DNA from: Tubiluchus corallicola
Lineage: Eukaryota; Animalia; Priapulida
DNA length: 64,000 nucleotides
Assembly (NCBI GenBank): GCA_030141605.1
Contig: JAQGDQ010000833.1
Location: 26,399-90,398, forward strand
Direction: 5' to 3'
Shown: piece after piece, positions 1 to 13,323 of the stretch
Layout of the letters: each line of letters begins with the position of its first letter
Position numbering within the stretch: position 1 is the stretch's first letter
The notes under the pieces: model-generated
Told to the model about the DNA's origin: nothing
The model's database searches: none
What the model saw: only the letters and a program-made list of their open reading frames with translations
Made by a program: the position numbers and the translations under genes

Positions 1-1
1 C

Positions 2-169
2 GGTCCAGCGACAGTCAGGGGTTATTGGAAAAGGGTCTTTGTTGATGATACGTGTATTGGAAACTTGAGACTGTCTTGTCACATCACAGGTACAGCTCAA
101 AAATGCCATTCTAGAAACTTAGTTTGTAGTGAAGTTATGACGACTAATGTGAACGATAAAAATAAATGA
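2..169 (+). other. Possible 3' end of a coding exon entering from outside the window
   Basis: Frame 2 is open from the window edge for 55 codons (GPATVRGYWKRVFVDDTCIGNLRLSC...NDKNK*). No recognisable motif. Confidence 0.2.
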
Positions 170-1200
170 TGTTTTCAAGTTTGTGATATAAATTCTTTGT
201 TGATGTTTGGTTGTAGTTTTGTTGCCTTATACTGTCACTGTTTGGTGACTGGATAATAGGCTTGTAACGATACATCGATGCATTTTGATATCTTTTGTAA
301 TGATACATGTATCGTCAAAGTGAACCAGTATCGCGATAATCTGAGTCATTGATATTTAGCACAAGCTTGTCCACCCACTGATAAAAACTGTGAGAAATAA
401 TTCAAGCTATGGTGTAGAATGTACTGTAGTTTAACTCCACAGAGTGAAAACAACAAAGTTTAACTCTGTGGTCATAATCAGTGCAGTGAGCACAAGGAGA
501 GGAGCAGAGGAGAGACTTGTCCTTGACAGAGACACCTGCTGCTAGCAGCCAGCCAAAGGGAAGCCATTGAAAACACAATGTGCTTATATGTTGTCGCAAA
601 TTATATTTTTGCTTGTAAGTTCCTAAAATGGCTTGCAGCAAATGGGAACTTATAAAACTCACCAGCATATTTAAAATCAAAAAGTTTTGAAATGTTTTGC
701 ATTTCTGGTGGCTCACAATGCAAATAATACAAGAGTATAAACAGAAATCAAACAGTTTGCTGAATTATTTTTTCACTTGGGATTCTTAAGATAATTTGAT
801 AAATCTAGTGTGCGTGCCTGTGCGTGTGTGTGTGTGTGTCTGGTCTGTATATATAATATATTAAGCAACAACTTTATCTAGTTTTCTTATTAAAACCTGC
901 TAACGTTAACTCAATGTGTATTGTGACTTAATACGCAAGTCAGATGAATATGTTTATTTATTAACGATCAAACAACATTCATGAACATTCTATCTCTGAA
1001 GCCAAAATTTGTGGCAGGACTTACTGCTGTTTTTATTTATTACATTTCTGCTAAAATTATTACACACTGATGTTTCCTGGAAAAACAACAACAACAAATT
1101 TTCACCAACAATTCTATTCCGAAAATCCTTTGTGCATTTTTATCCCGGAATCAAATCACTTTAATGAATAATGCATGTACTTTAATGAACGAATGAATAA

Positions 1201-1805
1201 TGCATGCACTTTAATGAACGAATAATTTACACCGTACAATCTGAATAAAACTCGTTGATCACTGACTAATACACAAAGTTTGACAACAAGGAGACAGTTA
1301 TCAATGCTGTCACAACTGACTGATGCATGTACTTTAATGAACGAATAATTTACATTATACAATCTGAATAAAAATCGTTGATCACTTACTAATACAGAAA
1401 GTTTGACAACAAGGAGACAGTTATCAATGCTGTTACAACTGACTGATTCATGTACTTTAATGAACGAATAATTTACATTATACAATCTGAATAAAACTCG
1501 TTGATCACTGACTAATACACAAAGTTTGACAACAAGGAGACAGTTATCAATGCTGTTACAACTGACTGATTCATGTACTTTAATGAACGAATAATTTACA
1601 TTATACAATCTGAATAAAACTCGTTGATCACTGACTAATACACAAAGTTTGCCAACAAGGAGACAGTTATCAATGCTGTTACAACTGACTGATTCATGTA
1701 CTTTAATGAACGAATAATTTACACTGTACAATCTGAATAAAATTCGTTGATCACTGACTAATACAGAAAGTTTGACAACAAGGAGACAGTCATCAATGCT
1801 GTTAA
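1201..1805. repeat. Minisatellite, 123-bp unit, about 5 copies
   Basis: 'actttaatgaacgaataatttac...' recurs at 1208, 1331, 1454, 1577 and 1700. This accounts for the 41-aa periodic ORF 1156-1815(-). Confidence 0.95.
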
Positions 1806-1935
1806 ACGCAATCATTCAGTTGCTCTTATTTACATATTCAGAACTGAAATAGTACTTTTGCATTTTGATGAAATATAATTTTGTTGAACTGCATAACACA
1901 TTAATTTAATCTAGCTTTTCATCTAACAAACATTA

Positions 1936-3848
1936 CTGTTAACCTCGGATATAACAGACATCTCCGGACCAAAAAAAATCGTCCCTAATATCCGATATAC
2001 CTTATAACTGAAATAGAGCGAAATCTAAGCTGCGTTTACGCTTCCTCTATCTATTCCCCTGCTTCAGTAGCCATTTCAGACCGTTTCTCGGAACATTTGG
2101 TACATACTGAACCAACTCTGTCAAATATTTACCTACGAACTGAACTTCAAAATAAATGCTTATTAAAAAAACTAATGTATGAATACTGACTACGTGTAAT
2201 ATGTGTTTGCATGGCTATTATGGACACAATATGCATAGTCTTTGTGTCGGTTTATATATGTACAGTCTAACCTCGTTATCTCGCCACTGTCCGTCTAGGG
2301 CAAATTTTTGGTGAGTATGGCGAGATAACGGGAATATAACGAAGTTAGTCTATATGTATATACATACTGTACATAATAGTTGATTAACATAGTGTTCCTC
2401 TATGTACATATAAAATATATTTCGCATTATGATACCAATCAACATTAAATCAGAAATGAAAAAAATGTCATAAAAATAATCTTAGAATGTTACTTTTTTA
2501 TTTTAAAAACATTTTTTGAGTATACTGCAATAAACTTAGCAAAAGATTTAGAAATGTTCACAAATGAGTTACTGACGACTGAAATAATTCAGAAGAGACG
2601 ACTGTTTCATTGATGATACACGCAAGCAGTCAACATGACATTTAATCAAACACAATCCTTGAATATCGTCGTGTGTGGCTCATGTAAAGTTGCTCACACT
2701 TTGTGGAAACTCAAACTTAAACGCAGCTTTGGTGTTACAGAGTAAGGATATCGGTGACGCTTTAGTTTCTCTGCGCATTAACCAACCACAGCACTCCTAA
2801 TCTAATCCTGGTGAGACACACACTAGATTAATTATGTCTGTCTATCGAGTACAGCAGCATTGTCTACATACCGCGGTTATATTGATCGACACGCGGTATA
2901 TGTATTGATCGATTCACCTCTGAGTTTGTCTGTTTGGCGACATAACGAATATAGTTTACATAAGCACTCATCCTAGCATGACGTGGCGAGGGCGAGAAGC
3001 GAGGGTGGCGACTTAACGAGGTAAATATCAAAGCAGGAAATCCGTCCTGGTACTTTCTATGGCGAGAGACGAGTTTGGCGGCATAACAAGGGGCGAGATA
3101 ATGAGGTTAGACTGTACATAATTTTCCCATTCTTCACTTGCTAGCAAAACAAAAACATGCTAGAAATTATGCAGAGCTCCTGCAATAAGGAAAACTGCTG
3201 TTGTTCTACAGCAGTACTATGCCAAGGCCACTATTCATAGCGGCAATCCCGGAAGATTTCGCTATTTCTGGAAATTTCACAGAAAATTGCCGAAGATGTT
3301 TACCAGCAAACAATTTAGTTCCTCGGTAAATGACCACTGCAGATGGCGCTATTCAAGTTTAAGGACGAAAAAACTATTTGGCCATCGAGTTCCTTATATG
3401 CAATGAAATTTACTTGATTCGGATTGTATGGGACCTAAAAATGTCATCTCTTATTTCCGAGTATAGAGAGCAACACAAGTTGTCCAATTTGTACTTCAAT
3501 AATATTCCATTTGACAATCTTTTGGATACTGACTCTCTAGTATACTCTTAAACGGTAGTACCCATCTAAACGATGACCAAAATATAGTCATATTTGATAC
3601 TGTTCACACATATATAAAAATGCTCGTCATTTTGCTTATTAGTGTGGTACATTATATGCCTTTGCATATCAGTACACAGCACTGTACTAATGTATGTTAT
3701 TTCATTGTATATTAATCCATTTCTATGTATATCACCTTCAATAGTTACACCATCTGCATAACAGTTCTTCTTCCTGGGGCCTTGCAAAAAGTCGGGACCA
3801 GCTATGGCGGTCCATTCTAAGTGAGTAATTTATATCCGAGGTTAACTG
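1936..3848. mobile_element. Older Tc1/mariner (pogo/Tigger-like) non-autonomous element
   Basis: TIRs ctgttaacctcggatata ... tatatccgaggttaactg; TA on the left flank. Confidence 0.7.
2263..3114. mobile_element. Tc1/mariner-type MITE nested in the 1936-3848 element
   Basis: TIRs cagtctaacctcgttatctcgcc ... ggcgagataatgaggttagactg; TA on both sides (2261-2262 and 3115-3116). Confidence 0.88.
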
Positions 3849-5010
3849 TTTTGTGTCTGAATCAAATAGGTAACCAAACTTGAAGAAAACAGTGACAATT
3901 TGTTCACTAATCAAACAAGTTTATATCCTTCCACTGTTGCATTTACACCTTTTTCTGAAAAATTCATAATCATAACCAGAATTGAAAATCGAGAAAAAAT
4001 GCAAACAAGGAACAGAATTTTCTAGTCACCTGACACGTCAATTAGATTTTTGTTGCACGAATTCAAAATTAACCTAAAATAAAAACCACAGCAATTCATA
4101 ACTCAAAATGTCACTTAGAGAAGTGACTTCACTGGTTACACCACTAAAATTACAAAAATGCACGATTTGGCACCTGATCATCCTTACATGTACCGGATGT
4201 CACAAAAAACGTTCCCCATTTCAAATGCTAAAAAAGCGACTTTGCTTAAACAAAAGGAATTTGTTTCTATGACCTAGGTCTGTATAAATTACTGCCTGCT
4301 GTACTTTTACCACTACGTTTTGTTACCAAATTGATAACACAACCTTTACTTATCTCAACAATCAAGGTTTCTTCAATAATGGAACATTAACTGAGAATCG
4401 GAACGGTAATCAAAATAAATTTCATTAACTAAAAAGAAATGCAAAAATTTGCACTCATTCTTGTTAATTAAATAATTACCGCTTTGGGTATTACTCGATC
4501 ACCTTGTTTCTTAGTTTTTCAAATGATAATATGGTACTGTGTAACAGGTGCTTACATGCAAATTACAACAGAATACAGTAGTCGGGTAGTCAGCCACTTA
4601 CGACCACAATCGGTTCTGGCAGATTGGAAGTAAAACGAATTGGACGAAGTCGCTTGTATTCAAGCGGTGTACTCTTACACGGAAGACGTTGCGTGTGTGC
4701 GGATGAATTTATCTAAATGTAAACGTGTTGTATAACTAATTAAGTTGTGTTTGGGTCTTTATGTCGAACAGTCGTGAATCATCATATGAATGTTGATTCA
4801 TCGTGCAGAAGTTAGTATACACCACAATATTTGCAAAGGTCATACTCCCCTTCTAACTACTCAAACGCGGAATACATGTAGTAGAATAAATTCTATTTAA
4901 AATAACGGTACACCTATCAGTTTTCAACCAGATGCGTGCATGTGAAGACAAATACGGTGCAATGAATGAGGTTAAAAACTGAAAACATGCAAGTTTGTCA
5001 GTTTTACATG

Positions 5011-5371
5011 CACTCATACCTCGGTTTGTCGGACAAAAGCAGGGAGTCGTCGGTCCGAATTTGCCGATTGTCCGTATTTACCAATACTAAACTAATACAG
5101 TAGCCGCCGTATATTAGACTCATGGCAATGTAGAATCAAGTGTCTCAAAAATGTCTAGTATGGGCCGCTCCACAAGCTCACACACGTGTCGTTACGTGCT
5201 GCTTGGTTGAACTGATGTAATGATATAAACAAACTGAGGGCTCGTCAGCTAGTGGGTCAGCTTGCGAACCAACGGACCGTGTCTCTAGTATGCGGGACTT
5301 TTAACAGTCCGGCTTTTGTCCGATTTTTCGATGTCCGTAAAAGCGAGGTCCGGCAAACCGAGATATGAGTG
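5011..5371. mobile_element. Tc1/mariner-type MITE
   Basis: TIRs cactcatacctcggtttgtcggac ... gtccggcaaaccgagatatgagtg; flanks TG and TA. Confidence 0.8.
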
Positions 5372-5629
5372 TAATATAAAAAGATTAGTCAGTAGCGTTC
5401 TACAATAACGAAGCTTAACAACACAACAACAGCATTTTTAGGATGAATCATAAAGACATACTGTATGGTTTGACAAAAAGAGAAAAATTAGCAACAGAAA
5501 TAGGGAACACAAAAAAATGACTCACTGGGACACCTATCACACATTTTGCCGGCACACTCATTACATTGATAACACACAATAATTTACACAGAGGCACTTT
5601 TGTATGCAGTTCTAAGAAACAACTGAAGT

Positions 5630-8600
5630 TCATGTGTCATGCAATAGTTCTTGCATTTTTTCAACCTTGACTCTTCGTAGATGGGCGAGCGTCCGTTTGT
5701 TTACATACGTCGATAAGAATTCTCCGATGTCCATCCTCCCCTCCAGGAAGTCCTCAGACATTTGCTAAACATAAAAACCAGTGTCAACAAATCGTGTATC
5801 GCTTCCGAAGAGTTACAAGACTAGATATACATTTACAGCGTTTGACCGTAGAAAAAACTGATGGATGCACTTAAAGCTGTGTTCACATTTGCAAGCATCA
5901 ACACTAAATGTGCCTTCCTTAATAACACATCCACAGGGTGTCTGCTGGGACATGACTATAGAGTGAATTAAGCTTGAATTATTTAAAACTTGTTATGTAC
6001 TAAAGAGTATTTTAAACGACAAGAACAAGAAAAGGGGTACCTGAAGAAGAAAAGACGCACCTGAAGTAGGTTTCAGAAAAACTGCCTTAAAAATTATATT
6101 ACTTTACAGTAATTTTATGCGTATATCTCTACTCGCATTAAAAGGGATTTTTTGTTTGTTTTCATTTTAAATCTCCCGCAATGCTGTTCCGACGGCACCA
6201 TTACATGACGTCATATACGCACAATGTAAATGAGGGGAAGAAAAGGAAATGCTAAAGTATTTCCCAAAAAAACTTTCCATGCAAAATTATATTACTTAGC
6301 TTACCTGGTTAACAGACTTATGTAACTAGAAAAGAAAATTATTAATTATTTAAAATGCTTTCACTAATTGGTAAAATGATGCTGACTCACCCTCCAGGGT
6401 GCACCTCTCACTAACCAAAAACGTATTTTTAATTTTATTGACAAAATGCAGTAAGTTAAAATTTTACTCAATTAGTGACGTGTGTGCTACAAATGCTCTG
6501 ATTACTTTTTCAAACTTTACATAATGTTATCTAAACTTGTTTCAAATGACCTGTTGTCAAAATGGCTGCATCTAACGGTCATGGCGGGAGTTTAAATATA
6601 CATATTTTATACAGCGTTACTGTCGACGCAAGTCTAATATGCAAAAAGGTAGTGGTAAAATATTTCAAGACGAATTTTTTAAACTTTATGTAAGTGGAGG
6701 GTTTTCTTGTGCTTTAAATTCCTGCTGTGAAAATTTAGAATGAGCAGAATGTGATTAAAAATGTAGACCACAAATACAGCACACAAGTTATTTTACACTT
6801 GTCCAGTACGCTGAAACTTGTACACCTGTTTTTGAAGGAAAAAAGCACCAATTTTATAACATACTTCCTTTGCATGCTCTTCTTCTTCTCTTTCTTTCTT
6901 TGTAGTTAAAGATAATTTATATTAAAGAATTATAAGTGGTCACCGGAAAGAATTTCCGTAATTGAGTTCATCTCTGTTGCCAGCCTTTTCATTTACAGTA
7001 TTGCTAACTAATTTGCACGTCATATATCTAACATTGGTGCATTGGTGCTTATTTCATTAACTATGTGATAATCAATGCTTAATTGTATGTTTGGTTGCAC
7101 TTCTGTGCTTTATTTAATGTTAGAAGTTGTGATAAATTTAGTATGAAAAAGTGCTGTGATAAAAATTAACAACGCATATGGGGCAAATCACGAGTTATAA
7201 TAAATTATATTTTGTGTGGCCATTCTTTTAATTAAATAGTTTTCCAATTTTTCTTACTTACAAAGTCATGAATTGATCTAAACTACACATTTTAACAGCA
7301 AAACATTCTAATCAACAACTCGTAGACGTAAGCGTTATGCGTCTCTTCCTATACAAAAGCACAAATTAGACTATACAGTCATCGAACATCTCCGTACTCG
7401 TACAAATCGGTTTTTGACCAGAAAATTCGAGTTGAAATTGTCTCCGTTCTCCACCAAAATTTCGGTGCTCGACCAACCGCCAAGCACGTGATGAACGCAT
7501 GCGCGGCGAGCCAAATAGAGCCAAGCGTAACCGACTGCGCCCGAGAATAGTCATACACGTGTTTCTGCTCTTGCTTACGTATACCATCACACTGCTACCA
7601 ACACGTGAGGTTTCATGCAGGAATAATTGTGTTTTCCTTTCTAAGTAATTTTATTATGTTTTTATTATCAGTTATATCATATCTACTGTTTAGATAAACA
7701 TTTTTACATTATTATATTTCATTTTAGTAATACTTTACAGTTCATTTGGTGCTTGAGAACGGTGCTTTTACAATATTTCTTATGGGAATGATTCGGTACT
7801 CAACCAAATCGGTTTTCAAACACTTTTTAGGAACGAATTATGGTCGAAAACCAAGGTATGACTGTATATATTTCCACTCATACGTTTAAATTTAAATCAT
7901 CAATAACAAATTCAAAACCAGATCAATGTCTCCGCCACAAACGAGCATTGTTCACAGTAGCCATTCCAGCTAGATGAGAAAAAAATGCCCATTTCCTGGA
8001 TCTTCATAATAGTGCATTGCACAAGAGTGGGAACTGCTATCAGCTCAGCAGAGTTATAAATGCTACATCACACAAACGAACTACGTAATTAGGATAGTCT
8101 CCTGAAATCACACTCATACCGGTGATGAACTAAAATTCGAAATTGTAAACTTATTTGCCAAGGTCAGCACAACAGTGCTGTATTCCAATTATTGATCTCC
8201 AATACATGTGCATGAGATGCACGTGAAAGATTTCCATAATTGAAAATGGTACCTAATAGTAACATCTTCGCTAATTATGCTGATTTATGTACAACAGTGA
8301 AACTTGGGGTTTAACGATTACTCAAGAAAAGCAGACTGACACATTACATAGCAGTCTTCTTAGGAAAGTTTTAAAGATAAGATGGCCATACATAATCAAA
8401 AATGAAAATTTATACATCAGAACCAAAGAAACTTCTTGGAGTTCAAAAGTCAAGATCCGAAGATTAAGATGGCTAGGACATCTTCTAAGATTACCAAATC
8501 AAGCACCTGTAAAAATCGCCTTAAAGGAAGCCTTAAAACCTTGCAAAAAACCACCTGGTAAACCTAAAACAACTTGGATAGCTAAGATAAATAAAGATGT

Positions 8601-11600
8601 TCAACAGCTTCAATGAAATCCATCTTTAAGAGTAGAAGAACTTACGCTGTTAGCTGCAGATAGAAGTGGGTGGAATACTCTGATAAATGTTGATACGTCA
8701 ATGCCTACAATAGATGGAATGAGACTTTGAAGAAAGAAGAAATACTTATGCTGACAGTCTGTTAGTTAAAATTCTTAAAACTTATCTCCTATAACTTATA
8801 ACTATGCAGTATGTAACAAAATGTATATCTTGGATCATAAGTAAAAATGAAAGTGTCCGAAAAATGTCGAGTTTCTCTTAAAATTTTGAACAATTAAAGC
8901 TTCATCACTTACGTCAGTTTCTTCTTCTACTTCAGCTGCACCGGCCTTTAAAATTGCTAAAACTGTTTCCAGAGATCGTGAACTGGATAAACTATCTAAA
9001 AATAAAATTTACCCGTCAGAGATGAAAAGCATCTAGAAGCCGTCACTTACATATCTTGCCCATAAATATATTGGAATTTCTGCATTCTATATAATGGTTC
9101 TCCTACTTGATGTGACATGTTTTAGCTAAAGCTATATATTCTGGTAACTACAGTCAGAAACGTGTTATACAACACGCACATACAGATCGCTCAATTACCC
9201 CTAGATCTAGGACCTTATCAGGGTTCCCACAGAACTTTAAAATAAATTTCCCTGACTTTTCCCGACTAAGATAAGCAGAAATTATATTACCATTATACAT
9301 ATTCAAACATTTTTGTCTATGGACATTCATACATATACTGATATATAATGTGTCGGCACAGTTTTAATACTGCTAAAGAAATTACACTAATCACATTAAA
9401 TGTGATTAACCTAATCATTATTTTTGGAACAGAAATCAAAAGTGAGAGCCTGCCATAGCAAAATTTCATTCAAACATGAATCGCTGAAAAATATGTTTGT
9501 GAAAATATCAGTTCACGGTGATTATTTTTCAACCCTTTCCAACTTCTCTGACTTTCACCCCATTTTCATCATTTTCCCTGACTTTTTACCAAACTATCTT
9601 TTTCCTTGATTTTCCACGATAGCCTGTATTTTCAAGGATTTTCCAGGATTTTCCTGACCGGAGGAGCCCTACTTATGCATGTGTGGTCATTTGCTAAGAA
9701 ATGAAATCATGTTCAGAATGATTAAACTGACATTTAAAAACAAATGAACGTCACTTACCTAGCTTGGCTTTTTCATTATCGAATTCTTGTCGAATTTCCA
9801 TATACTGCTTATGCGACTCCATCAAATTTGCTTTTGCTTGCGCAAGACGAGGTTCTCTTGATAAATTAAATTCTGAGAGACTGCTGTTACTGGCTAACAG
9901 CATCCCTTTTTCATTCAAAATATTTTGCAGCTAACAACACAAAGACAATTAAAATACCTTCACAAATTAAATGAAACTAGAGCACAGTGACGGGCGATTT
10001 TGAAATTTTCTAATTCGATTACAATCTTGTTCTTATAATTTGATATCACGATTAATCTTTTGCAGTAATTTTTTATCATTTTAGTCAAATTTTTCAAACA
10101 TTACAGCACTGAAATATAGTCTATAAACTTCTTCAAGGCTTTTGTCGCTGTCTGCCATGTTCATACTCGCAAACTATTTTTACAGACACGTACATTCATT
10201 AATTACTATATTACTATGTCAACTACATATGTCATGTGAATACAAATAAGAAGCCCTAGTTTGCAACACTGTGATTTGCAAATGTGTGCATTGTGTAAAG
10301 TGAGGAAAACGAAGAAAAAGATGTAAGAATTTTGTTTATATCTGCTAAAACTCTTGCCTATTAGTCTGTGTGTAACACGTACTGTTCAATTACTGTTCAA
10401 TCCTCGTTTATATCGATTTATACATGGTTGTGATCTCGATTAATTCAATTAATCTATTAATTGCCCCTCACTACTTGAGGAAATTAATGACACACTGTTG
10501 CAGCTAAGATTAATTACGTTACTGTGTGAAATGGCGTTCCCAGATTTTGTCGACGCCTAAATGGTATGGTGCGTTTTGAGGATAACTGCCAAATTTGGTT
10601 TTATTTTAATCATTCATCTCAGGCCTGACAAGTACAATAAAATACCTGCAGAGTACATTAAAAACAGTTTTTGTATCATTTCTATTTAAAGATAAACTGA
10701 ACCGCATCTTAAACTACAGCTCAAAAAATCTACCCCGCAAGACACTAAAAGGAAACGTACTATTTTTTCAAGAATGACTTATTCAAAAGGATTATTACCT
10801 CAGAAACTTAATTTTCCATTCGCGCGGGTAGTTCTTCACTGTCAATGCATTTTGCCATTAGCTAGTTAGATGGACACTAGCACCCCCTCTCAGAAACACA
10901 TTCCACAAAAAATAGGCACTGTACCTCTCAGTTCAGAAGTGTTCAGATGTGATGTACTGGACACGTTCGAGAGCTCATGAGTAAGCACAGCGGTAAACTT
11001 AAAATTTTTATTTTTAAACTTAAAACTTGCCAAGTTTTTGTATATTACACTGAATGTTGTGCAGTAGCAGTAGCAGTAATACAACATGCTCGTTGAATGT
11101 TTGTTCTGTTGGAAATTATGTTAGTTTGTGATGTCATCACTAGTTGGACTTGCCCACCATTAATTCAGTTTTAACCTATTATTTAATTATAATACACCTT
11201 GGCAGTATTACAGGTGTTAAAACATGTACTTTTTACCATGCTTCAAAATGGGGTAGCATTTGAACAATCATTCTGTTTTCATTTAAGCTTTTACCATCTG
11301 CTTTCTGAAGATATTTTCACTCTAATTGACTTTTGAGATCACAAATGCTATAGTTCTAGAACAAGCTGCATAATTTGCTCTATTTTCGATTAAACCTAGT
11401 TAGCCGAGATGTATGCAATGATCAAGCGCCAATTAAGCACAAATTATAAGGACACCACCACTTATTATGCGGGTCATTCTCTACAGAACGTGCAAAACAG
11501 ATGTTAAAAAATCTGCTAAATGACTGGAAAGATGTTCTTAAAATTACTCTGCCCTGTTATTAATAAGGTTCCCTTGTATACAAAAAGGATACTGGCAGAG

Positions 11601-12262
11601 CTTAAAACACTTGTAAAAATTTACTATGACCATTTTAAAGTTATCTGAACAATAACTTTTGTCATTACTGTTACATGAGGTGTGCAATACAACCTATAAA
11701 CATCAAGGAGTGTCATAAACCAATGGTCTTGTAAAATATATTTTTTGTCCCTTGCTATAAATATCTGGTCCAATTTTTATCGCACCAGAAACTTTGTTAT
11801 TTAAAAAAATTATCCTGGGACAACAATTGTACGTTCTGTGGCGAATGACCCATGTCCTGGCATGCAGAAACAATTTCTGCAAAAATTCCAATTAAGAAAA
11901 GGTTTTTAAATTTACTTTCCCTGCAAAAACAAAAACTAAATACTACACACTGTCTTTATATATGTGTAGAGGCCCATTTTGTGTATTACATAATGTTATT
12001 GCTAATAAATTAGAAACAATAACGCACAGCTGTTACTTACTGGTTTAGAGTTATGTATCAGCTCGTCTGTTTTGGCATCATCATCAAGCAAACCTTGCAG
12101 TTCTGACTTTGTTAAACTTTTCACAGAAGTCAAGCACTCTTCTATTTCCAGCTGATACATCACCGGAGTTTGCGGAGACTGAATTCCGGGAGGTCTGTAG
12201 CTAGGAGATCCCGAGAGAGGATATGGAGGAGGAATGGCAGGTTGAGTATATCCAGAGTACAT
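5630..12262 (-). CDS. VPS37: Vacuolar protein sorting 37 (ESCRT-I subunit, Mod(r) domain; VPS37B/C-like), about 203 aa. Exons: 12041-12262, 9759-9930, 8913-8995, 5630-5764
   Basis: The four exons join with GTAAGT donors and AG acceptors in phases 0/1/0, giving 612 nt with no internal stop. Translation includes LTKSELQGLLDDD...LLASNSSLSEFNLSREPRL...GAAEVEEETDQMSEDFLEG...FLSTYVNKRTLAHLRRVKVEKMQELL, typical of the Mod(r) domain. An acceptor at 12279-12280 implies an upstream non-coding exon. Confidence 0.92.
6016..6713 (+). mobile_element. Non-autonomous DNA element flanked by TTAA (Kolobok-like), copy 1
   Basis: Aligns in reverse complement with 37598-38263; ends ...gtgct|ttaa. Confidence 0.7.
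7376..7864. mobile_element. Tc1/mariner (Tigger-like) MITE
   Basis: ta|cagtcat ... atgactg|ta termini with degenerate sub-terminal inverted similarity. Confidence 0.65.
8287..8742 (+). mobile_element. 5'-truncated RTE-clade LINE (C-terminus of the RT ORF)
   Basis: YNSETW...LLRKVLKIRW...RRLRWLGHLLRL...KPPGKPKTTW motifs typical of RTE ORF ends; short (GAA)n tail at about 8729-8741. Confidence 0.85.
9219..9670 (+). mobile_element. hAT-like MITE (cagggttcccac TIR family), copy 1
   Basis: Reverse-complement match to 19791-20251; flanks ccttat and acttat suggest a 5-6 bp TSD. Confidence 0.85.
9986..10473. mobile_element. Degenerate MITE
   Basis: Imperfect TIRs cagtgacgggcgat ... attgcccctcacta. 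Confidence 0.45.
10700..11290 (+). mobile_element. Dispersed repeat family A, copy 1
   Basis: Shares long blocks (e.g. aattatgttag.ttg.gatgtcatca.tagttgg) with 29135-29450(+) and 52530-53110(-). Confidence 0.7.
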
Positions 12263-12340
12263 TTTTACAACTTTACGACTGAAAAAATGACAACCGTTAG
12301 TTTTCATTAAAAATTTTATCAGCATTTTTTTTGTTTTTCT

Positions 12341-13323
12341 TGCCATCACAATGAAGCCAAGTGACAATACATCTCTATTGCCATCACAATGAAGCCAAGT
12401 GACAATACATCTCTATTGCCATCACAATGAAGCCAAGTGACAATACATCTCTACTGCCATCACAATGAAGCCAAGCGACAATACATCTCTATTGGCATCA
12501 CAATGAAGCCAAGTGACAATACATCTCTATTGGCATCACAATAAAGCCAAGTGACAATACATCTCTATTGCCATCACAATGAAGCCAAGTGACAATACAT
12601 CTCTATTGCCATCACAATGAAGCCAAGTGACAATACATCTCTATTGCCATCACAATGAAGCCAAATGACAATACATCTCTATTGCCATCACATTGGAGCC
12701 AAGTGACAATACATCTCTATTGCCATCACATTGGAGCCAAGTGACAATACATCTCTATTGCCATCACAATGAGGCCAAGTGACAATACATCTCTATTGCC
12801 ATCACAATGAAGCCAAATGACAATACATCTCTATTGCCATCACATTGGAGCCAAGTGACAATACATCTCTATTGCCATCACAATGAAGCCAAGTGACAAT
12901 ACATCTCTACTGCCATCACAATGAAGCCAAGTGACAATACATCTCTATTGCCATCACAATGGAGCCAAGTGACAATACATCTCTAGTGCCATCACATTGG
13001 AGCCAAGTGACAATACATCTCTATTGCCATCACAATGAAGCCAAGTGACAATACATCTCTACTGCCATCACAATGAAGCCAAGTGACAATACATCTCTAT
13101 TGCCATCACAATGGAGCCAAGTGACAATACATCTCTATTGCCATCACATTGGAGCCAAGTGACAATACATCTCTATTGCCATCACAATGAAGCCAAGTGA
13201 CAATACATCTCTACTGCCATCACAATGAAGCCAAGTGACAATACATCTCTATTGCCATCACAATGGAGCCAAGTGACAATACATCTCTATTGCCATCACA
13301 TTGGAGCCAAGTGACAATACATC
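12341..13323. repeat. Minisatellite, 38-bp unit, about 26 copies, with a 152-bp higher-order period
   Basis: Unit tgccatcacaatgaagccaagtgacaatacatctctat at 12341, 12379 and onward; lies just upstream of the first coding exon of VPS37. Confidence 0.97.

Noticed and set aside
12263-12367. ORF-track extension upstream of the VPS37 ATG
   Set aside because: Runs through a splice acceptor into the 38-bp minisatellite.
12341-13323. CRISPR-like appearance of the 38-bp array (also the 53-, 70- and 72-bp arrays)
   Set aside because: Units are head-to-tail with no unique spacers, there are no cas genes, and the context is eukaryotic.
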